A stretch of DNA of 64,000 nt from Chloroflexota bacterium (GTDB lineage: Bacteria; Chloroflexota; Anaerolineae; UBA4142), in NCBI GenBank assembly GCA_016208315.1, contig JACQYF010000016.1, positions 648 through 64,647 on the forward strand, given 5' to 3'. Shown here piece after piece: positions 26,226 through 34,140 of the stretch. How positions within the stretch are numbered: the first letter of the stretch is position 1; the number at the start of each line of letters is the position of its first letter. Position numbers and translations under genes: made by a program. Under the pieces are notes generated by a model, which saw nothing but the letters and a program-made list of their open reading frames with translations, was not told the DNA's origin and ran no database searches.

Positions 26226-26984
26226 TCATGGCATGTACGCGCGCACATCGCGCAAGAACTCGTCGTTGGGGCGCTCGAGAATGAATGAGCTTACGAATTC
26301 GACAAAAGGTCTGACGAAAGGATACGTGTCGCGCGTCGCCCACGAGGGCTTGGTATAGCGCGGCGGCGCTTCGACGACGGACCTGCGCCAGTCCGAAAAG
26401 CTCTCGTACCACAACTCGATGACTCGGTCCCATAGGAAATGAGTGATTGCAAAAGGAGGGGCATTGCCTGGCGCCCACGTCCCCGGCAGACCGATCGGTT
26501 CCTTGATCGTCCGGTAACTGAAGAATCTAGAGAGACTGGGCTGCTTCATCACCTCTTTGGCATGGATTTGAAACCACTCGTCGCCCTCTTCGTTCGAAAC
26601 ACCGGCGGGGTACTTGAAGAGAATGAACCAGCGTATACCGGCTTTTTCGTGCGGCTGAAATTCGCTGCCCTTGAAATCTTCGGTTGGCTGGGCGGGAATG
26701 AAGCAAGTGGCGACCTCGGGCCATACGGGCGGGACTGTGAAAGAGAGACAGCCCTTTGCGCCTGGCTCAGGAATCTCGCGCCACCAGCCCTCGGTCACAC
26801 GCCAGTTGTAGACGCCGTACGGCTGCGCCTCCGGTGGGGCAGGTACGGGAAGGTAACTTTCGTGGCGCGCGAGCCAAGGTCCATACCGCCGCACGATCTC
26901 CGGCGCGTGGTCCCGATAATACCATCGCTCCATCGCGGCAATACTATCGAGCGAAATGTTGTGGACGACGATGCTCTTGATCAT
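26226..26984 (-). CDS. Hypothetical protein, possibly a tandem EthD-like fold
   Basis: Starts MIKSIVVHN..., like its upstream neighbour. No motif recognised with certainty. Confidence 0.5.
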   Translation of the reverse strand: MIKSIVVHNISLDSIAAMERWYYRDHAPEIVRRYGPWLARHESYLPVPAPPEAQPYGVYNWRVTEGWWREIPEPGAKGCLSFTVPPVWPEVATCFIPAQPTEDFKGSEFQPHEKAGIRWFILFKYPAGVSNEEGDEWFQIHAKEVMKQPSLSRFFSYRTIKEPIGLPGTWAPGNAPPFAITHFLWDRVIELWYESFSDWRRSVVEAPPRYTKPSWATRDTYPFVRPFVEFVSSFILERPNDEFLRDVRAYMP

Positions 26985-26994
26985 GATCCAGTTC

Positions 26995-27843
26995 CTATTT
27001 GGACTCGGGGCGCGGTTCATGGAAAGGTCTAAATCTGTTAAACAACGACGCTTCCAAACTGTTCGGGTTGGCGACCGCAGGCAACGGCGTCATTTCGCCC
27101 GGCGTGCAAAAGTCAAAGACGACGCGTTCGTGTACGAACATCGAGTACGACGTCTCAATGTCCGCAAATTTGGCAAAGCTGGCGCGAATCACATTGCCAA
27201 CGTCTGAATCAGAGCCGACGCGCGTAGCATCTTCCAAACTATCGAACCAAAGCTCCTCGATCCCCTGTTCCATATCAATCCCGCCGCTCTCGAACAGAGT
27301 GCCTTTGAAGACAGAAGGTTCGAGCTTGAGTGGAAAGTTGAGTACGTACTTGCGCAGCCCGCGGTCTTTGAGTGTCTCGATCACCATGGGCGCGTGTTCA
27401 TCGCGCCAGCGCTTGCCGAATTCGTCCATCGGCTGGCCCGGCTTGTTCTGGAGACGATGGATGAGTTTGACGCCACCTGAGCGGAACCCCTCGCGCTCGT
27501 AGGCGACCTCACCTTGCGAGAGGGCGACCTCCATGGCCGAGTCGCCGAACGAGTGCGGCTGCATGTACTCGCGGTAATCCGCGGATACCAAGTTGCGGGC
27601 GAGAACCTCGAAACTGTCGAGCCAGTGATCGGCAAAGCTCTCCCAGTTCATCGTCGGTTTCGGCAGCACGCGGTATTCGTCGGGAATATCCGGATTCCCA
27701 TAGTGCTGAACGTATCGTTTGAAATCCCGCGTGACGCACGGGGTGACCATCATGAGCGCGACGTGGATGAACGCCCATTCGTAGAAGAACTTTGCTCTCG
27801 TTCCGTCCGGCTTGTGCCGGCTGATAATGGTGAATTTGATCAT
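26995..27843 (-). CDS. EthD-like domain protein
   Basis: MIKFTIISRHKPDGTRAKFFYEWAFIHVAL is the typical EthD N-terminal pattern. Confidence 0.6.
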   Translation of the reverse strand: MIKFTIISRHKPDGTRAKFFYEWAFIHVALMMVTPCVTRDFKRYVQHYGNPDIPDEYRVLPKPTMNWESFADHWLDSFEVLARNLVSADYREYMQPHSFGDSAMEVALSQGEVAYEREGFRSGGVKLIHRLQNKPGQPMDEFGKRWRDEHAPMVIETLKDRGLRKYVLNFPLKLEPSVFKGTLFESGGIDMEQGIEELWFDSLEDATRVGSDSDVGNVIRASFAKFADIETSYSMFVHERVVFDFCTPGEMTPLPAVANPNSLEASLFNRFRPFHEPRPESK

Positions 27844-27859
27844 CTCACGCTCCTCTATT

Positions 27860-28624
27860 TCAGTAATGCACCGCGCCGCCGTCTACGTTCAAGTTCTGAC
27901 CGGAAATGAACGCGCTGTCGTCGGAAGCCAGAAACACGACTGCGCCCGTGAGGTCGTCCGGCGTCATCGCGCGCTTGAGCACGCGCTGCTCGATGTTGAG
28001 GTCGTTGACGTGATCGAGAGTCTGCTTGTCTTCCGACAAGCCCGATGGAACGCCGGTTATCGTATAGCCCGGCGTGATCGAGTTGACGCGAATGCCGGAT
28101 TCGCCGAGTTCGCGCGCGAGTGATCGGGTGAATGCCCAGACCGCGCCTTTGGAAGCGACATAGTGAGTGAGCAGCGGAATGCCCTGGAAAATCGAATCAG
28201 AGGAAATGTTGATGATGGATCCGCCGCCGCGTCGTTTCATGCACGGTACTACCGCTTTGCAACATTGCCAAATCCCCTTGACGTTCACGGCAAAGACCGC
28301 GTCCCACTCATTTTCGGAAATGGCATCGAACGGCTTTGGCTTGAGCGCGGCGGACAGGGCAGCGTTGTTGACGAGCGCGTCAATTTGTCCGAATTGCGCG
28401 AGGGTCTCGTCCGCCATTTCGCGAACACTATCAAAACGCGTCACGTCCACGCGCAGGCCAATGGCTCGCCCGCCGACTGCGTTCACCTTCTGCGCCGTTT
28501 CGGTCACGTCAAGTATGTCCGCGGCAACCACCCGTGCGCCCTGTTCCGCGACTCGCTGCGCCAACACCTGCCCGATTCCGCGCACGGCGCCCGTAATAAT
28601 GACGACTCGGTCTTGCAGTTTCAT
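27860..28624 (-). CDS. SDR-family oxidoreductase
   Basis: MKLQDRVVIITGAVRGIGQ (TGxxxGxG), NNAA and YxxxK (YVASKGAV). RBS GGGAGAGG. The longer track ORF only extends into a repeat. Confidence 0.9.
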   Translation of the reverse strand: MKLQDRVVIITGAVRGIGQVLAQRVAEQGARVVAADILDVTETAQKVNAVGGRAIGLRVDVTRFDSVREMADETLAQFGQIDALVNNAALSAALKPKPFDAISENEWDAVFAVNVKGIWQCCKAVVPCMKRRGGGSIINISSDSIFQGIPLLTHYVASKGAVWAFTRSLARELGESGIRVNSITPGYTITGVPSGLSEDKQTLDHVNDLNIEQRVLKRAMTPDDLTGAVVFLASDDSAFISGQNLNVDGGAVHY

Positions 28625-28677
28625 TGGAAACCTCTCCCAGCGAGGGCAACGTAGGGGCAATCCCTTGTGGTTGCCCT

Positions 28678-28803
28678 GGCAGGGGCAGGCACGAGGCACT
28701 GCCCCTACGTGGCGCTCGCTGGCAGGGGCAGGCACGAGGCACTGCCCCCACGTGGCGCTCGCTGGCAGGGGCAGGCACGAGGCACTGCCTCTACGTTGCA
28801 CTC
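28678..28803. repeat. 43-bp tandem repeat, about 2.9 copies, each unit a hairpin
   Basis: GGCAGGGGCAGGCACGAGGCACTGCCCCTACGTGGCGCTCGCT occurs at 28678, 28721 and 28764. It is preceded by a related GTAGGGGCAATCCCTTGTGGTTGCCC element. Confidence 0.85.
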
Positions 28804-28809
28804 TGTTGG

Positions 28810-30078
28810 CTACTTGACCAGGGAGATCAGTTTGAACTGCCCACCTTTGATCTCATAGATGGCTTGGCTCTGCACGGTGGTGCCGTCATGGTCGTCGGGC
28901 TTGTAGTTAAAGACTCCGCCCAGACCCACAAAGTTGGTGGTCTTTTCCAACGCGTCGCGCAGCTTGACGCGATCGGCGCCTGAAGTCTTGAGCGCACTGG
29001 CAATGACGTTGATTGCGTCAACGCCCGAAGCGGATAGCTGTCCGATCGGATACTTGTATTTGGCTTCAAAGCGCTTGGCAATCTCGAGCGCCACGGCCTT
29101 CTGGGGGTCGGTGTCGGGCAGGGCTTGCGGATCCAAAACCTTGCTGGCGGGGAACACGATGCCGTTCACCATATCGCCGCCCATCATCAACGTCGGCGCA
29201 ATACCGAAAGGCGGCGCACCGATGATCGGTATCTTGAATCCGATCTGCTGCATACCCTTCATGAACGCAACGCCCGAGACGCCATTCGTGAGCAGCACCA
29301 ACGCGTCCGGCTTTTCCTTTGCCGCCGCGTCCTTTGCCTTGGTCGCTTGGGGCGTCAAATCCATATCGGCATTGCCCCAGGTATCGCTCAAGGAAACCAT
29401 CTGAATGCCCGCGGCGGGGGCTGTCTTGATCATCGCCTCCATCACTGCCGGCATCGGAGGTACATTGTCTGCCATCACGATGATCTTTTTGTACCCTTTG
29501 AGCTTTACGGCTTCCAGGGTCGCCGCCGCAAGCAGGGGCGGGGGCTGGACGGTCGAGAAGACGAACGTGTTATTCTTGTACTTTGTATTTACCGCCTCCG
29601 CGAGGTTCGGATTCGTGTGTACAACCGGAACCTTTTCTTTTTCTGCCATTTGGTCCATCGGGGCATTCAGGTCCGAATACAAGGGACCCATAACGGCGAG
29701 TACGTTATCCTGTTTGACGAGCTTGGTAAGTCCGGTGACGCCTTTGGTTACGTCGGTGCCATCGTCCTCGACGAGCACTTGAAGCGGATGTCCATTGACA
29801 CCGCCGGCGGCATTGATGCGGTCAACTTCGAGCATAACCCCGTCGCGAATCTCGCCCGCGGGCGCCGCGGCTGGACCGCTCAGCGAAATCAACAGACCGA
29901 TCTTGTACGGCTCGGTGGAAACGGGCGCGGCTGTTGGCGCGGTGGTGGCTTTGGGCGCCTCCGTCGCCTTGGGCGCGGCAGTGGGCGGCGCGGCGGTTGG
30001 CACGGGCGTGGGCGCGGGCGCACAAGCCATGACAATCACGGCAAGAACCATAAGCGCAAGTACGGTGATGTGTTTCAT
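28810..30078 (-). CDS. ABC transporter substrate-binding lipoprotein (LivJ/type-I PBP family)
   Basis: MKHITVLALMVLAVIVMAC lipobox, then an Ala/Pro/Thr linker, then YKIGLLISLSGPAA. RBS GGAGGACAGGAG. Confidence 0.85.
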   Translation of the reverse strand: MKHITVLALMVLAVIVMACAPAPTPVPTAAPPTAAPKATEAPKATTAPTAAPVSTEPYKIGLLISLSGPAAAPAGEIRDGVMLEVDRINAAGGVNGHPLQVLVEDDGTDVTKGVTGLTKLVKQDNVLAVMGPLYSDLNAPMDQMAEKEKVPVVHTNPNLAEAVNTKYKNNTFVFSTVQPPPLLAAATLEAVKLKGYKKIIVMADNVPPMPAVMEAMIKTAPAAGIQMVSLSDTWGNADMDLTPQATKAKDAAAKEKPDALVLLTNGVSGVAFMKGMQQIGFKIPIIGAPPFGIAPTLMMGGDMVNGIVFPASKVLDPQALPDTDPQKAVALEIAKRFEAKYKYPIGQLSASGVDAINVIASALKTSGADRVKLRDALEKTTNFVGLGGVFNYKPDDHDGTTVQSQAIYEIKGGQFKLISLVK

Positions 30079-30208
30079 CTCCTGTCCTCCATCGGATTTC
30101 GAATTTGTCTTCGTGCTACCCAACATCGGTACAAATGCGTGCTTTCTGCATTTCACTTTGGTCGTCTTACCATCACCCCCCCTCCTCCTTCTTCTCCTGC
30201 GGCAACTC

Positions 30209-31249
30209 CTACGGAGCGACGACGATCTTTACGAGGTCCTTGGTCGTGACCAGTCGCTCGAACCCTCGTTCCACGATCTTGTCGAGGCGAATAATGTCCG
30301 ATACCATTCCCGCCGGGTTGAACTTGCGATTAGCAAGATAGTCAAGGCAGATGCGGACATCTTCCTCGGCATAGGCGAGACTGGCTTTGATTTCTGTTTC
30401 CCGAACGATGAGTTCCGCCGGGACGATGGGTGTCTGCTTTTCGGATACCCCTAGCACCATCACCTGCCCGCCGCCTTTGACCAGATCGAGAGCCGTCTGA
30501 AACGATGCGGGTACACCAGCGCATTCAAAGGCGACATCTGCTCCAATACCGCCGTAAGCCGAAATGATCTTTTCTTTTAGAGCCGTGCCTTGCTCCAGAG
30601 GATTCAAGGCCATATCCGCTCGGTGCGCGAGCGCGAGCGCGCGTTTCTTTTCCGACGGTTCGAGAACGGTAATGTGCCGCGCGCCCCCTAATCGCAAAAA
30701 CTGGAGGACCGAAACGCCGATGGCGCCCGCTCCCGTGACCACTACGTTGTCGCCGATCCGGAAACGCGACTGGCGCACCCCGCGCAATGCAACGGCGATC
30801 GTATCGAGCAGGACAGCATCTTCAAACGAAACCTGATCGGGGAGCCGGAAGAGCATATTGCGCGGATACCGGACTCGAACGTACTCTGCAAATCCTCCAT
30901 CGCAGCCGGGCGCGAGTCCGTTGGTTCGCTCAAAGGCGTGGACGCAAATCGCAGAACGTCCCTGGCGGCAATAGTAACAATCGCCGCACGGTCCCGGCGG
31001 GCCAACGGCGACGCGCTCGCCAAACTCCCATCCCTCAACCCCTTCGCCGATTTCCGCGATGGTACCCACGGTCTCGTGACCCAGAACAAGGCCGGGTGGC
31101 AGAAACCCGTCGCTCTGATACGCGTGAACATCGGTGCCGCAGATGCCGCAGTATTTGACCTTGACGATCACTTGACCCGGGGCGGCTGTAAGTCTTGGTC
31201 GTTCTTCCAACCGGATGGCTCGCGCGCCCTCGTACACGGCAACTTGCAT
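30209..31249 (-). CDS. Zinc-dependent medium-chain alcohol/polyol dehydrogenase
   Basis: MQVAVYEGARAIRLEE..., GICGTDVH, GHE, the structural-zinc Cys cluster CGDCYYCRQGRSAIC, and GAGAIG. GGAG lies 6 nt upstream of ATG 31249. Confidence 0.9.
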   Translation of the reverse strand: MQVAVYEGARAIRLEERPRLTAAPGQVIVKVKYCGICGTDVHAYQSDGFLPPGLVLGHETVGTIAEIGEGVEGWEFGERVAVGPPGPCGDCYYCRQGRSAICVHAFERTNGLAPGCDGGFAEYVRVRYPRNMLFRLPDQVSFEDAVLLDTIAVALRGVRQSRFRIGDNVVVTGAGAIGVSVLQFLRLGGARHITVLEPSEKKRALALAHRADMALNPLEQGTALKEKIISAYGGIGADVAFECAGVPASFQTALDLVKGGGQVMVLGVSEKQTPIVPAELIVRETEIKASLAYAEEDVRICLDYLANRKFNPAGMVSDIIRLDKIVERGFERLVTTKDLVKIVVAP

Positions 31250-31414
31250 CGCGGTCTCCATCACAATCAGGTCTGTAGGGGCGGGGTCACCCCGCCCTGG
31301 TTGCAGGGCGGGGTGACCCCGCCCCTACAGACCTGATTGTGATGGAGACCGCGATGCAAGTTGCCCTGTACGAGGGCGCGCGAGCCATCCGGTTGGAAGA
31401 ACGACCAAGACTTA
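31189..31414. repeat. 226-bp near-perfect palindrome (111-bp arms, 4-nt centre, 1 mismatch)
   Basis: The left arm is the first 20 codons, RBS and upstream half-hairpin of the ADH gene. The right arm (31304-31414) is its exact reverse complement except at 31237/31366. Confidence 0.9.
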
Positions 31415-32109
31415 TCTTGAGGGGTCACAAGCCCAGTGCCGAGGAGTTCCATCGCGGCCATCGCCATAGCATTCTGAATCTTGTTGACGATGAAGGACCG
31501 CGCGAACCCTTTCATCGTCACTGGCTTTTTGCCGATGCGCTCCAACAAAGCGACCGTTGAATTGACTGTCTTCGCCGACGTGAGGGGCCCAGGAACTACC
31601 TCGACGAGAGGAACAATGTGCGCCGGAAGGAACCAGTGGGCGACGACGAGCCGTTCTGGATGCTTGAACTCGGCAAGACTAAAAACGTCCAGTCCCGATG
31701 TGTTGCTGGCGATCGCCGTGCGAAGCGGCAGCAGTGCGTCGAGTTTCGTGAGCACCTGCCGTTTGATTTCGGCAACCTCGGGAACCGCTTCCTCGATAAA
31801 GTCTACGTCGCCAAGCGATGCCAAATCGGTACACGGGTGAATGCGCTTGAGTATGCCCGGGATGTCGTCGTTTGAAATACTCCCGTACTCGGCGAGGGTT
31901 TCTAGACTCGAGCGGATCGTCGTGATCGCGTTGTTCAACAGGCTCGCGTCAACGTCCACCAGCGCGACGTTAATGCCCGCCCGGCTCAGCACAAGGGCGA
32001 TCGAGTTGCCCATCTTGCCCGCGCCGACGACACCCGCAGACCTCACAGGTCTCTCAAGACCTGTGAGGTCTGCGACCGGCGCATCTCCTCCGCGCGCTGC
32101 TTGACCCAT
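31414..32109 (-). pseudogene. 3-hydroxyacyl-CoA dehydrogenase, C-terminal domain replaced by the palindrome arm
   Basis: GVVGAGKMGNSIA Rossmann motif and colinear Hbd-like sequence up to GTGLVTPQD. The frame then runs into the inverted ADH copy. RBS AGAGGA lies before ATG 32109. Confidence 0.6.
32036..32073. repeat. AGACCT-N3-AGGTCT palindromic repeat, copy 2 (inside coding sequence)
   Basis: GCAGACCTCACAGGTCTCTCAAGACCTGTGAGGTCTGC has perfect 15-bp arms. It is translated as ADLTGLERPVRSA. Confidence 0.8.
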
Positions 32110-32272
32110 GCGATAATCCTCTTTGAGCAAGCCACCCAGCGAATTCGTTTTCTCGACCAACGTGACCTGGTGGCCGCGTTCCGCGGCGATGATCGCCACG
32201 GCCTGATTCGCCTTGATGACATCCGCGCACTTTTTCAAGGCATGGAACAAGGGGGCGTCATGATTTGTATAG

Positions 32273-33742
32273 TCAACTCCCCAATCCGAATTTCGTGATC
32301 GCGTGCTCTGCCGCGATGCGTCCCGAGTTGATCGCAAAGCCAAACGTCTCGCCCGAAAGTACGGCGCAATAGGTCTCTGCCGACCAGCCGCCCGTGTCCA
32401 CCCCACCCGCGTACAATCCTGGGATCGGATTGTCTTTTTGATCGAGCACTTGCATGTGTTCGTCAATCTTGATGCCGCCGATGGTGTCGAGGAAATCCGC
32501 CTTGCAGCGGATCGCGTAATAAGGCGGAGTCCGCAAGGCCAGCAGGAATCGGCGATCTTTGGCAAAGATCGGATCGCAGCCGCGGTCGCAGTCGGCATTG
32601 TATTCGGCGACGGTCGCCTTGAGCGTTGCACGGTCCGCGCCGATCCAGTCCGCCATCGCATCCCAGGAATCGGTAACGTAGACCCGATCGCCTTTGTTCA
32701 TCAGCGCGCCGAGTTCTTCTTCGAAGCCAGGCGGCAGCTTGCTTCGTTGGCGATCCTGATTTTTTCCCACTACGACATCCAGCCCGTTGTCGCAAATCAT
32801 CTGGGTCATGCGCGAATCGAAAAGGGAATAAGACGTTGCTTTGGGTTGGCGCGCAACGGCGTTCGACACTTCAAAGTGATTGTAGCCGCCCATCTCGTCC
32901 GCAAAGCGCAGTCCCTTTTTGTTCACCCAAACCATGTAGGGCTGCAAACCGACGGAGATGAGCGGGAGCAAGAGCGCGTCTGAATCACTGCCGAGGTGCA
33001 GCATGATGTTGTCTGGGACAGTCGGTCCGCCCAAGTGCAAAATGCCCAAGCCCTCGGTCGCCGCGCCAATCTCGGTTGCCATGAGAATGCCATCGCCCGT
33101 ATGCGGCAGTCCAATGCAATCCATATTCTCGTCGTAGTTCGAACAGTATTTGCGGATCATTTCCTTGTTGCCGGCATAACCGCCCGTACCGATAAAGACG
33201 CACGACGTTGCGATCTCGAATTGCTCGCCTTCACGTTCCGCCAAAACGCCGGTGACCTCGCCGCGCGCGCCCCTGAGTATTTTTTTCGCCGGAGTACGCA
33301 CAAGGATTTGAACACCCAGTTTCTTGCATTCGTCCGCGAGCACTTGGACTACTTCGAGACCCAAGCCCTCTGTCGCGTGCCAAACGAGTGGATTTTGTCC
33401 GGGATACAGAGGAATACATTGGAAGACGAGTCCCAGTTCTTCGAGCCAGCGGATGGTGTCGCCCGATTTCTCAAAGAAAGCGCGCACGATTCTTGGATTG
33501 ATTGTCCAGTGCGCCCAATTCATGGCGAGCTTGAAAAGATCATCCGTATAAGCGACGACGTTCGCGCGATGCTGGACGGGACTTTCGGAGGCGAACAGGC
33601 CGATGGCGCGAGTCGAGTTGCCGCCGGTCGTGGGTCGTTTTTCCAACACCGTGACGCGAACGCCTTTTTCGGCGGCGGTCAGCGCCGCTGCCAAACCCGC
33701 GCCACCTCCGCCGATGACGACGAGTTCCGTTTCAAGTTGCAT
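32273..33742 (-). CDS. FAD-dependent oxidoreductase (fumarate reductase/KstD-like flavoprotein, FAD_binding_2 type)
   Basis: VVIGGGGAGLAAALTAAEKGVRVTVLEKRPTTGGNS and a C-terminal GLYAGG motif. Confidence 0.85.
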   Translation of the reverse strand: MQLETELVVIGGGGAGLAAALTAAEKGVRVTVLEKRPTTGGNSTRAIGLFASESPVQHRANVVAYTDDLFKLAMNWAHWTINPRIVRAFFEKSGDTIRWLEELGLVFQCIPLYPGQNPLVWHATEGLGLEVVQVLADECKKLGVQILVRTPAKKILRGARGEVTGVLAEREGEQFEIATSCVFIGTGGYAGNKEMIRKYCSNYDENMDCIGLPHTGDGILMATEIGAATEGLGILHLGGPTVPDNIMLHLGSDSDALLLPLISVGLQPYMVWVNKKGLRFADEMGGYNHFEVSNAVARQPKATSYSLFDSRMTQMICDNGLDVVVGKNQDRQRSKLPPGFEEELGALMNKGDRVYVTDSWDAMADWIGADRATLKATVAEYNADCDRGCDPIFAKDRRFLLALRTPPYYAIRCKADFLDTIGGIKIDEHMQVLDQKDNPIPGLYAGGVDTGGWSAETYCAVLSGETFGFAINSGRIAAEHAITKFGLGS

Positions 33743-33759
33743 GTGATTGCTCTCCGCCC

Positions 33760-33795
33760 CAGACCTGTCAGGTCTCCAAAGACCTCACAGGTCTG
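33760..33795. repeat. AGACCT-N3-AGGTCT palindromic repeat, copy 3
   Basis: CAGACCTGTCAGGTCTCCAAAGACCTCACAGGTCTG lies 18 nt upstream of the flavoprotein ATG. Confidence 0.75.
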
Positions 33796-33900
33796 ACCGT
33801 CTCTATCTCCAGCACTCGGTAATTCGATCCACCGGAAAATGGGTGAGCAGTTTGCTAAAGACTATGTTGTCCTCCTCGCTGCCTCACACCCCTCGTGAGG

Positions 33901-34140
33901 TTACATTGACAATCTCATCGGAAACTCTGGCAACTGGCTATAGATGGGATGCTCTGTTCCTTCGGTGTGCAGGTCTTGATACCGCAGGTCTTGTTGCAGA
34001 GCATAGTCCACAGCCATCCAGTCGGCGCAAATGCTCAACACGGGATGGTTAACCACGTCCTTGACTTGTTCGCCGAGACAATAAACCACGCGGCCATCTT
34101 GCAAGCTGTCAAAATACTGTTGAGGTGTTCTAATGCCCAT
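33901..34140 (-). pseudogene. N-terminal fragment of a 4-hydroxybutyryl-CoA dehydratase / HpaB-family gene
   Basis: MGIRTPQQYFDSLQDGRVVYCLGEQVKDVVNHPVLSICADWMAVDYALQQD aligns by eye with the N-terminus of AbfD/HpaB proteins. Only about 79 codons are present where about 480 are expected. Confidence 0.55.

Noticed and set aside
28625-28801. N-terminal extension of the SDR ORF, and the small ORFs at 28509-28983 (VGAIPCGCPGRGRHEALPL-type peptides)
   Set aside because: They are encoded entirely by the 43-bp tandem hairpin repeat. The SDR has a proper RBS and Met at 28624, directly before its TGxxxGxG motif.
28678-28803. Possible CRISPR array
   Set aside because: The units are directly tandem, with no unique spacers. 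There are only about 3 copies and no cas genes in the window.
31267-32661. 464-aa minus-strand ORF in the supplied track
   Set aside because: It is a chimera of four pieces. Its first roughly 128 aa are an alternative frame over the 3' end of the flavoprotein gene. Next comes a start-less Rossmann-like relic, then the real dehydrogenase remnant from ATG 32109. The last 48 aa are the antisense of the inverted ADH copy and a GC hairpin.
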